NCBI GenBank assembly: GCA_030390025.1
Contig: CM059431.1
Coordinates: 118,608,001 to 118,672,000 of the forward strand
Origin: Squalus acanthias
Lineage: Eukaryota
Length of the DNA stretch: 64,000 nucleotides
Direction: 5' to 3'
The position numbers and the translations under genes are program-made. The notes beneath the pieces are model-generated. The model saw nothing but the letters and a program-made list of their open reading frames with translations, had not been told where the DNA came from and searched no databases. This document shows, in pieces, positions 11,885 to 22,949 of the stretch (within the stretch, counting starts at the first letter, position 1; the number at the start of each line of letters is the position of its first letter).

Positions 11885-13203
11885 GTTGAAGGAAGTTTGC
11901 AGATTGCCCAATGTTTGTAGAAGTTCAGAAAAAACAGCATGTTTTTCTCTTTTTAAATAATTTTAGCACTGTGGCGTCTTTGAGTGTTATGGATCCACTT
12001 AAAAAATATTATTTTGCATGTATCTCCAATTTGGCAAATTCTGTTGTTGCCATAGTTCCAAAATGCTAATGAGCTTGATATCTGTCGAACATGATCAAGA
12101 AAAATTTGATAAAAATTTAGTAACAAAGCTATAATTTGGGCTCCTCCAGATCACATAAGTAGTAAATGGGGAAAAAGGATTAACAGCTGAGGCAACAATT
12201 TCTGGACGAAGGTAAGTATCCAGACGGGTAGCGAGAGGAGATTGCCATCAGGAGATGGCCAGGGCAGGGGAGGCCTAAGGTTTCTTTGAGGAGCCTAGCG
12301 AAGCACTCCATTTGTTCCTGGCCCATAGGGAAACCAAAGAAAACTAAAATGACCTACCTTCCTGGGACTCTTCGGTCCTACTCCTGTGTGCCGGCAGGTT
12401 TCACTGGTGGGTGTGGTACTGTGCGTGAGTGGGAGTTAAATTCCTAATTGCGTCATGGGACCCTAACTTTCACATATTAATGATGCCCCCACCTGGCTGT
12501 GGCGGGGGCCTTTCCTGAAACCGAAAACTGCACAGTTAAAATGGCGGCGGTGACCACCATTTTAACCACCTGTCCACCCCGTTCTGGAAGGGCGGGCAAG
12601 GTTAAAATTGGCCCTTAGAATTCTACTTAGTTTGTACAGCTTCACCATCCACACATTTACCTACCAGGTATTTACATCATAGCTCTAATATTGCTTTATA
12701 TTTTTTTTGCAAGTATCTCCCGGTTCCATTCGAATTATTTTACCCTGGTTAGAAATTCTGACAGTCACATACTTCAGAAGGACTTCACTGTGAAGCATGT
12801 GGTTTGCCAAAGTGAAATATGCACTTAATTAGCTTAGTTCTTCTGTTGCCCTAAGGCACACAAGCTAGCTTAAGGCAAGCAGAAGCGATTCAGTAACTGG
12901 CAGGCTGGATGAGTGAGCTTCTACATGAATCAAACCTACGCATATGTGGGATGAGGGCCTACTGGAGCATAAAGCTTTGGAAACATTTTTGGCCTGTACA
13001 CAATTCAAACCGTTCATTGCAATGCAGGCACGTAAAATTTGAATGATTGTTGTGTGCAGCCATCGTCAGCAGAAAGCCCGATATCATGTGTGGCTAGTGC
13101 TACTTAAAGGCAGCCTGTGCCTCTTAAAGGGGAAGTGCATTGTGTTGGCAAGAAGTAGTGGGAGTTTTTTGAAAAGTGAATCTGTGCTTTGATACTTTGA
13201 GGA

Positions 13204-14021
13204 ATGGTTGAACATGCAAGAGAGCGAGCACCAAGGTTTCTGACAATGCACTGGAGGTCTTGATGCAAAACGTGGAGAGATGGAGAGACGTCCTGTATCC
13301 ACAGGGGGTGCAGGAGGCCCTCCAGACAGATGCCCAGGAGGCAGTGGGAAGAAGTAGCAGCGGATGTCAATGCTGGAATGTTGCTCCAAGAACATGGATG
13401 CAGTGCATAAAGAAGTTTAATGATTTGACACGAGTTGTCAAGGTGAGTAAGTTCATCTTCAAACAGTATATCCTACCAACTGCACCAGTGGCCTCATCGA
13501 CTGCTCAATTCACTACACTCCCATCACCCACCTACCAACAATCTCTATCAATCAGTATTCAACCCATCAATTCATCTGCTTTACCTCACACTCACACTGT
13601 TGCAAGCCTTGCACACACACACACTGGCAGCTATTAAACCATAACAGCAACATCATCCAAACAAATTGAAGGACACTCACTGTCACACTTCCCTCTTTCT
13701 TGCAGGAGAAGTTGGTGCATAACAGGAGGCAGCAGGAAAGAAATGGAGGAGGAAAAGCACGCCTGCATGTCTTAATCCCCATGGAGGAGACGGTGCTAGC
13801 CATCATGGGAAGTGGCATCGCTAAGGCAGTGGCCACTGGCAGGGCTGGAGGGATCGATGATGAGGGTATCTGCATCTAATCCTTCTCTCTTCCCACTTCT
13901 CCTTCATCCCATAATCTCTTCTGTCTCACAAGCTACAGAGGGTGTAAGCACGCACTTCTTACTTTCTCCTCTCACCACAACCCAACCCTTGTCCCTTTTT
14001 CATTCTAGATACCCAAGAATT
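13204..14021 (+). pseudogene. Harbinger Myb/SANT-like DNA-binding protein gene, spliced: exons 13204-13442, 13706-13865, 14009-~14021
   Basis: MVEHARERAPRF..DNALEVL...RTWMQCIKKFNDLTRVVK|gtgagt...ttgcag|EKLVHNRRQQERNGGG...IDDE|gtatct...ttctag|; frameshifts present. Confidence 0.75.
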
Positions 14022-14859
14022 CATGGCTCTCAATGTAGGCCTTCTGTGCACATGTGCATGGGTTCCGGACCGGAGTCATGAGCCATGTCATGAGTGGATA
14101 ATCCTTGTTGTCCAGTAGCCAGCCTTGGACTTGCCATGGTGGGTCAAGTACAGGTGGCACCAAGGACTGCCATAGACTGAAGGAATCATGACTGCTGCCA
14201 GGATAACGGGCATTCACCTGTATGATGCGCTGCTTGTGGTCGCACACCAGCTGCACATTGAGGGAGTGAAATCCCTTTCAGTTCTTGAAAATGGCCGCAT
14301 TGACATGAGGTGCACACAAGGCAATGTGCATGCAGTCAATGGCACCCTGCACCATGGGGAAGCCTGCAAACTCTTGTGCTCACTCCGCCTGCTTCTCTCT
14401 GGCAAGAGGGAAGGAAAGGAAACGGCTTCTCTATATATAGAGAGCCTCAGTGATCTCCCTTATGCAGCAGTGCACTGCAAACTGCGAGATGTTGCTTATA
14501 TCTCCAGCAGCAGCCTGGAAGGATTCAGACGCATAAAAGTTAGGAGCCACGGTCACCTTGACAGCCGCTGGCAATGCTGCCCTTGCCCTGCTTTGAGGTT
14601 GCAGTTGTGGCTGCAGCAGTTGGCAGATTTCAGTCACAACCACTTTTGTACAGTGAAAAGGTCACAAGCTTTGGTCATCGCTGAGTTTGAGGTAAGAGAA
14701 TTGCTCCCTGAAGATTCTCGACGGCTATGGCCTCCTGCTGAGAGCCCTTCTCCCCCTCCTCCTCCTCCCTCTTCCAGCAGCTTGTCCTGCTTTGCGTGGC
14801 CTCTCTTCATTCTCCCAGTCATGCTCAATTCCCAGAGGAAGGCCTACCAGGTCACCCAT
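14021..14859 (-). pseudogene. Harbinger transposase remnant
   Basis: Fragments VVTEICQLLQPQLQP..NFYASESFQ..ISQFAVHCCI and QLVCDHKQRIIQVNARYPGSSHD..DKDYPLMTWLMTP. Confidence 0.85.
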
Positions 14860-15857
14860 GTCTGGAAGCAACTTGTTTCAGCACAAGATTTTAAATCAAC
14901 AAAAAAAGTACTTCAGCACCAGCCAGACTAATCAAACTTTAGCCAAGTATAGGAAAACTCTAAAGATGCATATAATTGCACCAGCAGCCAGAAGAAATAA
15001 TCCAGCAAGTAACCTGTAGGTAGTTCAAGATCCCTTTCAATAGAGCTGGTGGGGGGTCCTTCATTCCGTTTAATGTCATGTTTAGCTGTGCGAGGTGACG
15101 AAAAGGCTTTGGATAGCATGTGCAGTTCATTAATGGCAGAGCTGGGGTCAAATCAGCGTTGTACACTGATTCATGTCATCACCTGGCTGCTGTGCATGCT
15201 GCCAGTCATCGGTAGGTACGTGCGTGCCAACCCCATTTACCAAGATGGCGTCTTGCGCACTTCCCGTCGGAAGTGTGCGCGCGCATCCACGACCCTATTT
15301 TCGAGCGTTAGCTGGCTATGTAGCAACTAAAAAACAGGCACTACACAACTCAATTTAGCCCTCAGTGAGTTTAAGAGACCAGGATGGTCCAAAGTTTGAT
15401 CTGCATTCTATGCTCAGTTAGATAATGTCAATAGTCTGTAACAATTGGCCTCTGCTGTCTGGGTAAAGTCAGACAGGTTTCTCAGTCCTAGATGGTACCA
15501 AGCAATCCTACTAGAATTGCACATGTATGAAAGGACATGATTGGACTCACAGCAATGAACCCCACCCTCCTCCAAGCAAGATGCCCAGTGACACTCACTG
15601 TCGAGGCTTACAAATGAATAATGGCCACTTAGGTACCACCCTGGAACTGTACTCCAGTAAGTTATTGTTTCATATTTTGATTATCACTCAATGAAATTCC
15701 AATAATTTTATGTTGCCATTGTTAATCCTTCATTGTGAAAATTAGAGTACACTGGCTATCAACTGCAACATCTAATATCAGCAAAATATTGACCCAAAAT
15801 ACATTTTTTAAGCACATGCGCCCAACAATATATGCCACACCACATAACGGAGACCAT

Positions 15858-16587
15858 GGGGGCGATTTTGCCAGCCCTGGGGAGGCGGGTATGGAGGTGG
15901 GACTGCTGGGAAAATGGCAGAATCTGGGGGCGAGTACACATCCCGCAGGTAGCTAACAGGCAGTTTTTTGGATAATCCCTATTTTGAGCCCTAAAGTGCG
16001 GGCTTCCCGATGGCTCCGAACCTCGCCAGGGTCAGCGAGGTGAGCCGTGGGTCTGCGGGGGTAGGAAGTCCGAGATGTCCGGTGTACAGGTGAATGATGG
16101 GTGCATGTGTGCAGAGTGTGTGAGGTGAGTCGCAAGTGTTTTAAAAGCTTTACTTACCTTTGCCTCTTCCTCCAGGCTTCATCCCTTCAGGTCTCGGGAG
16201 TCCCTCATCTCACCGGCAGAGAAAGCAGAATGGCCGCTGCATTCTCAAATACATCAGCCTTCTGCTTTCTGCTCAGGAGAGCTCTCTAACTGAGCCTGTT
16301 TCCCAGGTCTCAACTTAGAAGACAGATTGTCAGTGTTTGACAGCTTCACAGAGTTCTCAAACGATGACAATTCATCTGTCAAAAGCTCTTGACAGATGAA
16401 ACGTCACTCGCTGACGTCACCAGTAACCGGCTTTCCCTTAATTGGCCTGCTAAGCCCGATGGGCGGGCTTAACAAGGTCAATCAAGGGAAAATAGCGTGG
16501 GTTGGCTGGACGTCGATGGAGGCGGGACTAAAACCCGACAAGCAGCAGTCCCGCCTCCATCACGTCCCCATTGGAAAAATCACCCCC
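15858..16587. mobile_element. Non-autonomous Harbinger-like MITE
   Basis: TIR GGGGGCGATTTT / AAAATCACCCCC. Internal AATTGGCC..GGGCGGGCTTAACAAG block shared with ~25360-25400 and ~41335-41370. Confidence 0.65.
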
Positions 16588-16600
16588 ATTGAGGCACATT

Positions 16601-17497
16601 GGGGGAAAAATTCAGTTGGTTTGCACCTCCCGTTAGCGCCTTAAGAGGGCGCTAATGGGGCGCAAAGCAACTAGCGCCCGTGCACGGCGATGTTTGCGCC
16701 GCTCACAAAATTAACGAGACATTTTGCGGCGGCACTAAACACTACCGCCACGATCTCCTGCGCCGGCAGATTGTGACGTCAGTCAAGTGCGCAACGCCCC
16801 AGTAGCGCCCCGAACCAGATATTGAGTGGCGCCCCCTGCCTTACCGCCTGCCGCTAGCAACGACAGGTCGAGGGGAGCGTTTTGCAGTCAGGAAGGGACT
16901 GGGGGAGCGCTATTTAAAGGCGACCGCTTCCTGCCTTTTTTTGTTGGTGACATTTTTGCATCACGCATTCTGAGAGAGAGAGAGAGAGAGAGACTTCTGG
17001 AGAGATTCAATGCTGTGTGAAGGAGTTTTGGGTACTGAGCAGCACTTTGCAGGTTCATTTTGATTTGCCCTTCCTTGTATCGATTTAGAAGAGACTGTGG
17101 GGGCTGCACTCTGAGCTCTTTCCCTGGGCCTCTCCATTGTTCTTTCCAGCAGATTTGATGTACAGGTCTCTCCAGGCCGAGATTCAAGGCTGCAATGAGC
17201 AGATGTGGATGGAGAGCAAGATCAACCCTCCGCTTTAAGAACTGGCCAGCGCCAGTCTGTCTGTGTTCCATCGCTAACTGACAGCACCTGCGCTGCGCCC
17301 GCGCTCTAAGTTAGCGCCTCGCTCGTCGGCCTTTGCGCCTTAAGACAGGTGTGTAGCACCTGATTTAGCGCTCCAATCACCTCCAGGGGCGATAAAAGTC
17401 AAGTTTGCAGTATGAGGCGATAATTAGCGCCAGGCGCTAAACTTTGCGCACGGCCGATAATGGCGCCCCAAATGGGGCGATACTGAATTTTCCCCCC
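16601..17497. mobile_element. Non-autonomous deletion derivative of the 1-4386 Harbinger family
   Basis: TIR GGGGGAAAAATTCAG / CTGAATTTTCCCCCC; TSD ATT; first ~500 bp collinear with the reverse complement of 4386->3860. Confidence 0.88.
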
Positions 17498-18971
17498 ATT
17501 TTCTTTTCCTTTTTACATTTTTTCCCATCCCTCACTTGAAGATAACTGAGGCTGTGGGATAATTGTACAGGTTCTGGCTGCCCTTCAACACCTTGACCAT
17601 GTGTGAACCTAAACAGTAGGGCTGAACTCTTTTGCTTAAAAATTAGGATTAATGACCCACCAATCAAAGTGCATTTTCACAATATTGCCAGTAGGGTGAA
17701 AAATAGGCATTGTCCCATTTCTGATTACTTCAGCTTTTATTTCATTTTGAGAGGCATTTATAACCAATCAACATTCAATTCTCAACCACAGCGATGCACT
17801 TTCTGGTACAGATCACAGAACAACAGTCAGAAGGGGAACCCTGGCTGATTCTTTTTCGCTTTCCTGCCTATGAAAATGGAGGGCAAATGTAGCATCCCAC
17901 CACCAGCGTCGGTGAGATGTGTAAAGCGAGCCAAGCTTTTAAAGCTCAGTCGCCTACCACATAGTGCATTTACATAGCACCAATTGTGGCGTCGTCATTT
18001 CAGCTCTCTGTTCAAATGATGACAAACTACATAAAATCTATTCTTCTTTTGTTTCTGATATCATCTGATCTCCTCAACAATATTACTGCCTTATATTTAC
18101 TCCCAGCCATCGATTATTTTCTACAACATGTTGACAGTGGGAACTTTGTGAGAATTTTGATGGCTGTATTATGTTGTATTGACATAACCTTTTAAAGGTC
18201 CCTTGTGATAGGCTGTGGTATTGCACCACAAAGCTGATTTAAATATTTATGCGCAGAGGTGTCTCAGTACTGTTTAGAGGCTGACTTGGGTTGTTCTGTG
18301 TAGAATTTGATGACTTAAATCGATCATTCCAATTTATAACACTCTGCATGTATTTGTCGGTCTCCAAAAGCTGCCTTGCTCATGTTATTAGGTGCTGGCC
18401 AGCATAACTTAAACCTTAAGGACATTCACCTGCCTGAAAAGTATGTTGAAATTATGAAATGTGGCACCGCTGAGGGAAGGTGAGAGAAACATTCTGTTCA
18501 GTAACCACAGAGTGCTTTATTTTTAATCTTCTTTGCAGAAAAATTGCCATCTGCCAGAAGTCAGGCTTCTGCCAACTTCATTTTGCAGGTGTCCCCAGGA
18601 ACCGTGTTAGAAAGACAACTCCCCCATAGAAAGATGCAATAGTTAGTCCAATGTATTGCAGTTCTAGAATTGGCATCTTTCCTAGAAATTTTCCATTAAT
18701 AAAGTTAACCCTCTGGATCAGTTATTTGCTCAGAGCAGCAATATTATTTATAACTGCATGTAAATACACGTACCAACCCCAAAATGGGACTTTATTTACC
18801 CATCTTATTGCTGCAAGATTATACCTTTATTACTGTTTTCATTTTGTAACAGTAACATTTAAAAGAAAATCTGTCTGATATTTAGGTCTACACATCCGTC
18901 ATGAGGTTAAAAACCAGTTTGCCTCACAGGAAAAGGCCCATCTTGTTTCAATACAGCCCCAGAATATAGAT

Positions 18972-19120
18972 AATGCTGGAAGTATTCAGCAGGTCAGGCA
19001 GCATCGACCTGAAACGTTAACTGTGTTTCTCTCTCTACAGATGCTGCCTGACCTGCTGAGTATTTCCAGCATTTTCTGTTTTTATTTCAAATTTCCAGCA
19101 TCCGCAGTATTTTGCTTTTG
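18972..19120. mobile_element. Penelope-like pLTR fragment with inverted 5' piece
   Basis: Matches the 3' end of 52054-54328 (GACCTGAAACG..AACT..GATGCTGCCTG.CCTGCTGAGT). Inverted copy TGCTGGAA..CAGCAGGTCAGGCAGCATC. 14-bp TSD CCCAGAATATAGAT (18958-18971, 19121-19134). Confidence 0.8.
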
Positions 19121-19179
19121 CCCAGAATATAGATGTTGGGGGTGAAATTAGTCTTGGGTGGTAGCTCACCATGGAGGAC

Positions 19180-20232
19180 AAAAGAAAGAAAGACTTGCAT
19201 TTATATAACGCCTTTCACGACCACCAGATGACCCAAAGCGCTTTACAGTCAATTAAGTACTTTTGACATGTAGTCACTGTTGTAATGTAGGAAACATGGC
19301 AGTCAATTTGCACACATCAAGCAGCAATGTGATAATGACCAGATAATCTGGGGGAAAAATTGGGTTGCTTTGCACCTCCCGTTAGCGCCCTCAACACCTC
19401 CCGCAAAATTCAGCGGGAGGTTAGCGGCGGCGCTATCCGTTAGCGCCCTGTGGCGCTGCGCGGCCAGTGATGACGTCATCGCCGTGCGCAGTGCCCCGTT
19501 CACGCCCCGGCCACGATCTTTGAGAGCGCCCCCTGACTTGCCGCCGGATGCTATGTCCGACGGGGTCAGGGGGACCTAACTGCGGCCAGGGCGGCGCTAT
19601 TTAAAGGCGCAGTGCCGGGCGGCCATTTTTGTTGCTGGCCGCCTGCCAGCACCTGCCTCCGCTCCCGTCCCCGGCCTCCTTACCTGCCCCCCCGCGGAGT
19701 GCCGGCTGCGCTCCAGGAGCCCGGCACTTTTCTTGAGTGCCGGGCTCTTCTGCCGGCACTCCCAATCCCCGGGCTGGGCCCCGGGTCACGCTGTGCAAGG
19801 CCGCTCCCCTTTAAGAGGAAGGCCTGCAATACCCGCTTCCCTCTTGGGGCGCAACCACTTAATTTCGGTCGCGGGGGCGCTACTTTTTCTGGGGTGCTAA
19901 AAGTAGCGCCCCGGCGAAGTTAGCGCCTCAAAGGAGGCGCAAATCAATTTTTAGCCCAATCTGTTTTAGTGATGTTGATTGAGGGATCAATCAATCACTC
20001 CCATGTTCTTCTTCGAAATAGTGCCATGGGATCTTTTATGTCCACCTGAGAGAGCAGGTGGGGCTGTGCTTTAATGTCTCATCCAAAAGATAGCACCTCC
20101 AATAGTACAGCACTCCCTCAGCACTGCACTGGAGTGTCAGCTTAGACTTTTGTGCTCAAGTCTCTGGAGAAGCATTTGAACCCACAACCTTCTGACTTAA
20201 AGGCAAGAGTGCTAAACTGAGCCTTGGCTGAC
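19180..20232 (-). mobile_element. Deu-domain SINE, interrupted by the MITE at 19350-19957
   Basis: Reverse complement of the 5125-5520 / 37917-38352 sequence; tRNA-like head at ~20170-20232. Confidence 0.8.
19350..19957. mobile_element. GC-rich Harbinger MITE
   Basis: TIR GGGGGAAAAATTG / CAATTTTTAGCCC; many TAGCGCC motifs; paralogue at 55422-56101; flanked by duplicated AATCT. Confidence 0.8.
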
Positions 20233-20980
20233 TCTCGGCTGTTAGCGAATCAGCAGCCTGTCTTACAAGTCACCTGATTGAAATCAATGGAGGAGCACAT
20301 GTAAAACAGGCTGCCGATTGGCATCACCCATATTGCGCTACTGCCCGAGCTCAATTTCACCCCATTGAGTCTTGTTAGGTGTCAGAGGCAGAGGCCAAGT
20401 CATTCAATTCAAATGCAAGCTATTTGTACATGTGTTTGATTGGCAGCTCTTTTGAGTTAAATACACATATTAAAATTTTATTGGTCCCAGTCATTTTTTT
20501 AAATAAATATCTCTCAGCTGTCTTGTATCAAATTGAGTAGTCTCTCTGAAGACATAAATAGGCCAGAGGGACTCCATAGATAGTTAACAACAAACTATCA
20601 CGTAAAGGTTAGAATTGTATGTCTTTGTGGTTGGCTCAATTTATATTTCAATTTAGCACAGCAGAAAGGGCTGTTATTTTCTTCTTCTAAGGAGGAATAG
20701 TTACGCCTGTAACTACTGAAAATTTACATTCTGTCATAATTTCTTTTCACTTATCCCTTTACTCGTCAGTAAATCTGTTTCTCAGTTGTAGCCTGAGTCA
20801 TAGTCTAATGAAATGTTTATTCTACTGCCTTGCAGAGTTGACAAGAACACGTGAGGATATAACCAGTAGTTGAAATACAGTGACAGGGCTTTTCAGTTTG
20901 ATCCCTCAGCTCGCTAAAAAGTAGATGTTGGACAGGGAAATTGAGGAGAGGGTCAACCTCAGGGAGATGTCTGAGACACT

Positions 20981-21126
20981 GGGGGTAAATTCGCTCCGGG
21001 CGGAGAAACGGCAGTAGCGGATTAGCTGCCCGTTATAGACCACTGTAAGGGAAAATCAGTCAGGGTGTATAATGGGTTGCCGATCCACTGCTGCCAATCT
21101 TCACGTGAATAGCGAAAATCGCCCCC
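20981..21126. mobile_element. 146-bp MITE
   Basis: Imperfect TIR GGGGGTAAATTCGCT / AGCGAAAATCGCCCCC; TSD ACT. Confidence 0.6.
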
Positions 21127-22001
21127 ACTGAACCGGAGAAAAATATCTTGGGGGGGTGGTGCCAGAGGACTGGAGAATTGCAAATGTTACACCCTTGTTC
21201 ATAAAAGGGTGTAAGGATAAACCCAGCAACTACAGGCCAGTCAGTTTAACCTCGGTAGTGTGGAAGCTTTTAGAAGAGATAATCTGTAACAAAATTAACA
21301 GTCACTTGGACAAGTATGGATTAATTAAAGGAAAGCCAGCACGGATTTGTTAAAGGTAAATCGTGTTTAACTAACTTGATTGAGTTTTTTGATGAGGTAA
21401 CAGAGAGGGTTGATGAGGTCAATGCGGTTGATGTGGTGTACATGGACTTCCAAAAGGCATTTGATAATAGGCTTGCCAGCAAAGTTGAAGCCCATGGAAT
21501 AAAAGGGACAGTGGCAGCATGGATATGAAATTGGCTAAGTGACAGGAAACAGAGAGTAGTGGTGAACAATTGTTTATCGGGCTGGAGAAAGGTACACAGT
21601 GGGGTTCCCCAGGGGTTGGTACCAGGACCACTGCTTTTCTTGATATATGTAAATGACTTGGACATGGGTGTACAGGGCACAATTTCAAAATTTGCAAATG
21701 ACACAAAACTTGGGAGTATAATGAACAGTGAGGAGGAGAGTGATAGACTTCAAGAAGACATAGACAGGCTGGTGGAATGGGCGGGCACGTGACAGATGAA
21801 ATTTAACGCAGAAAAGTGCAAAGTGATACATTTTTGTAGAAAGAACGAGGAGAGGCAATATAAACTAAAGGGTACAATTCTAAAGTGGGTGCATGGACAG
21901 AGAGACCTGGGGGTATATGTGTATAAATCGTTGAAGGTGGCAGGGCAGGTTGAGAAAGCGGTTTAAAAAGCTTAACGGATCCTGGGCTTCATAAATAGAG
22001 G

Positions 22002-22178
22002 TCATGATGTGGAGATGCCGTGGGAAAGATTTGAATAGATTTTTTCTGTGTTTATATTGTGAATTCTGGGAGACTCTCTCACTGCTACCCTACCTGAGGA
22101 AGGAGCGAACCGCTCCGAAAGCTTGTAAAATTAAATAAATCTGTTGGACTATAACCTGGTGTTGTGCGACTTCTCATT
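22002..22178 (+). mobile_element. Penelope-like pLTR fragment inserted in the CR1
   Basis: Homologous to ~7617-7773; 14-bp TSD TTCATAAATAGAGG (21988-22001, 22179-22192). Confidence 0.85.
22091..22127 (+). ncRNA. Minimal type I hammerhead ribozyme motif
   Basis: UAC-CUGAGGA-A-GGAGCG(AAC)CGCUCC-GAAA-GC-UU-GUA. Confidence 0.75.
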
Positions 22179-22949
22179 TTCATAAATAGAGGCATAGAGT
22201 ACCAAAGCAAGGAAGTTATGGTGAACCTTTATAAAACATTGGTTCGGCCTCAACTGGAGTATTGTGTCCAATTCTGGGCACCGCACTTTAGGAAGGATGT
22301 GAAGGCCTTAGAGAGCATGCAGAAAAGATTTACAAGAATTGTTCCAGGGATGAGGGACTTCAGTTACATGGATAGACTGGAGAAGCTGGGATTGTTCTCC
22401 TTAGAGCAGAGAAGGTTGAGAGGAGATTTGATAGAGGTGTTCAAAATCATGAGGGTTCTAGACAGAGTAGATAGAGAGAAACTGTTCCCATTGGCGGAAA
22501 GGTCGAGAAGTGAGAACACAGATTTAAGGTGATTAGCAGAAGAACCAAAGGCGACATGAGGAAAAACTTTTTTACGCAGCGAGTGGTTAGGAGCTGGAAT
22601 GCACTGCCTGACAGGGTGGTGGAGGCAGATTCAATCGTGGCTTTCAAAAGGGAATTGGATAAGTACCAGATATAAAATAATTTGCAGGGCTACAGGGGAA
22701 GTGCGGGGGAGTGGGACTAGCTGAAGTGCTCTTGCAGAGAGCTGGCACAGGCTCGATGGGCCGAATGGCCTCCTTCTGTGCTGCAACCATTCTATGATTC
22801 TATGATTCTAAAACCCCGAGAATATAACAGTGGTGGCAGAATAAGGTGGGATAGTATATAGAATCAAAGGTTTCCCGCTGTGCGTAGACTTCGTCAGTGA
22901 TGCTGAGGTGGGAGCTCAATGCCATTGAATCAGCTGATGAGTTGACAGC

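Larger units (their letters stand above)
13080..15361. mobile_element. Internally deleted Harbinger element (Myb-gene 5' part on +, transposase remnant on -)
   Basis: + strand Myb exons, - strand GAIDC.H / QLVCDH / PGSSHD motifs, and a right TIR-like CAATTTAGCCC. The left end is uncertain. Confidence 0.8.
19139..20363. mobile_element. Short MITE (TIR GGGGTGAAATT / AATTTCACCCC) interrupted by a SINE
   Basis: 11-bp TIRs; the residual body resembles 50435-50620. Confidence 0.55.
21153..22810 (+). mobile_element. CR1 LINE, 5'-truncated
   Basis: VPEDWRIANVTPLF, NYRPVSLTSV, GVPQG, YCVQFWAPH motifs with stops; tail ATTCTATGATTCTATGATTCTA at 22789-22810. Confidence 0.92.

Noticed and set aside
13204..13865. 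Host NAIF1/MSANTD gene
   Set aside because: Frameshifted, truncated and fused to an antisense transposase remnant.
14188..14931. 247-aa plus-strand ORF, and similar shadow ORFs (e.g. 48145-48927, 52431-52871, 10628-11017, 56819-57352)
   Set aside because: Antisense or out-of-frame shadows of transposon sequence with no independent motifs.
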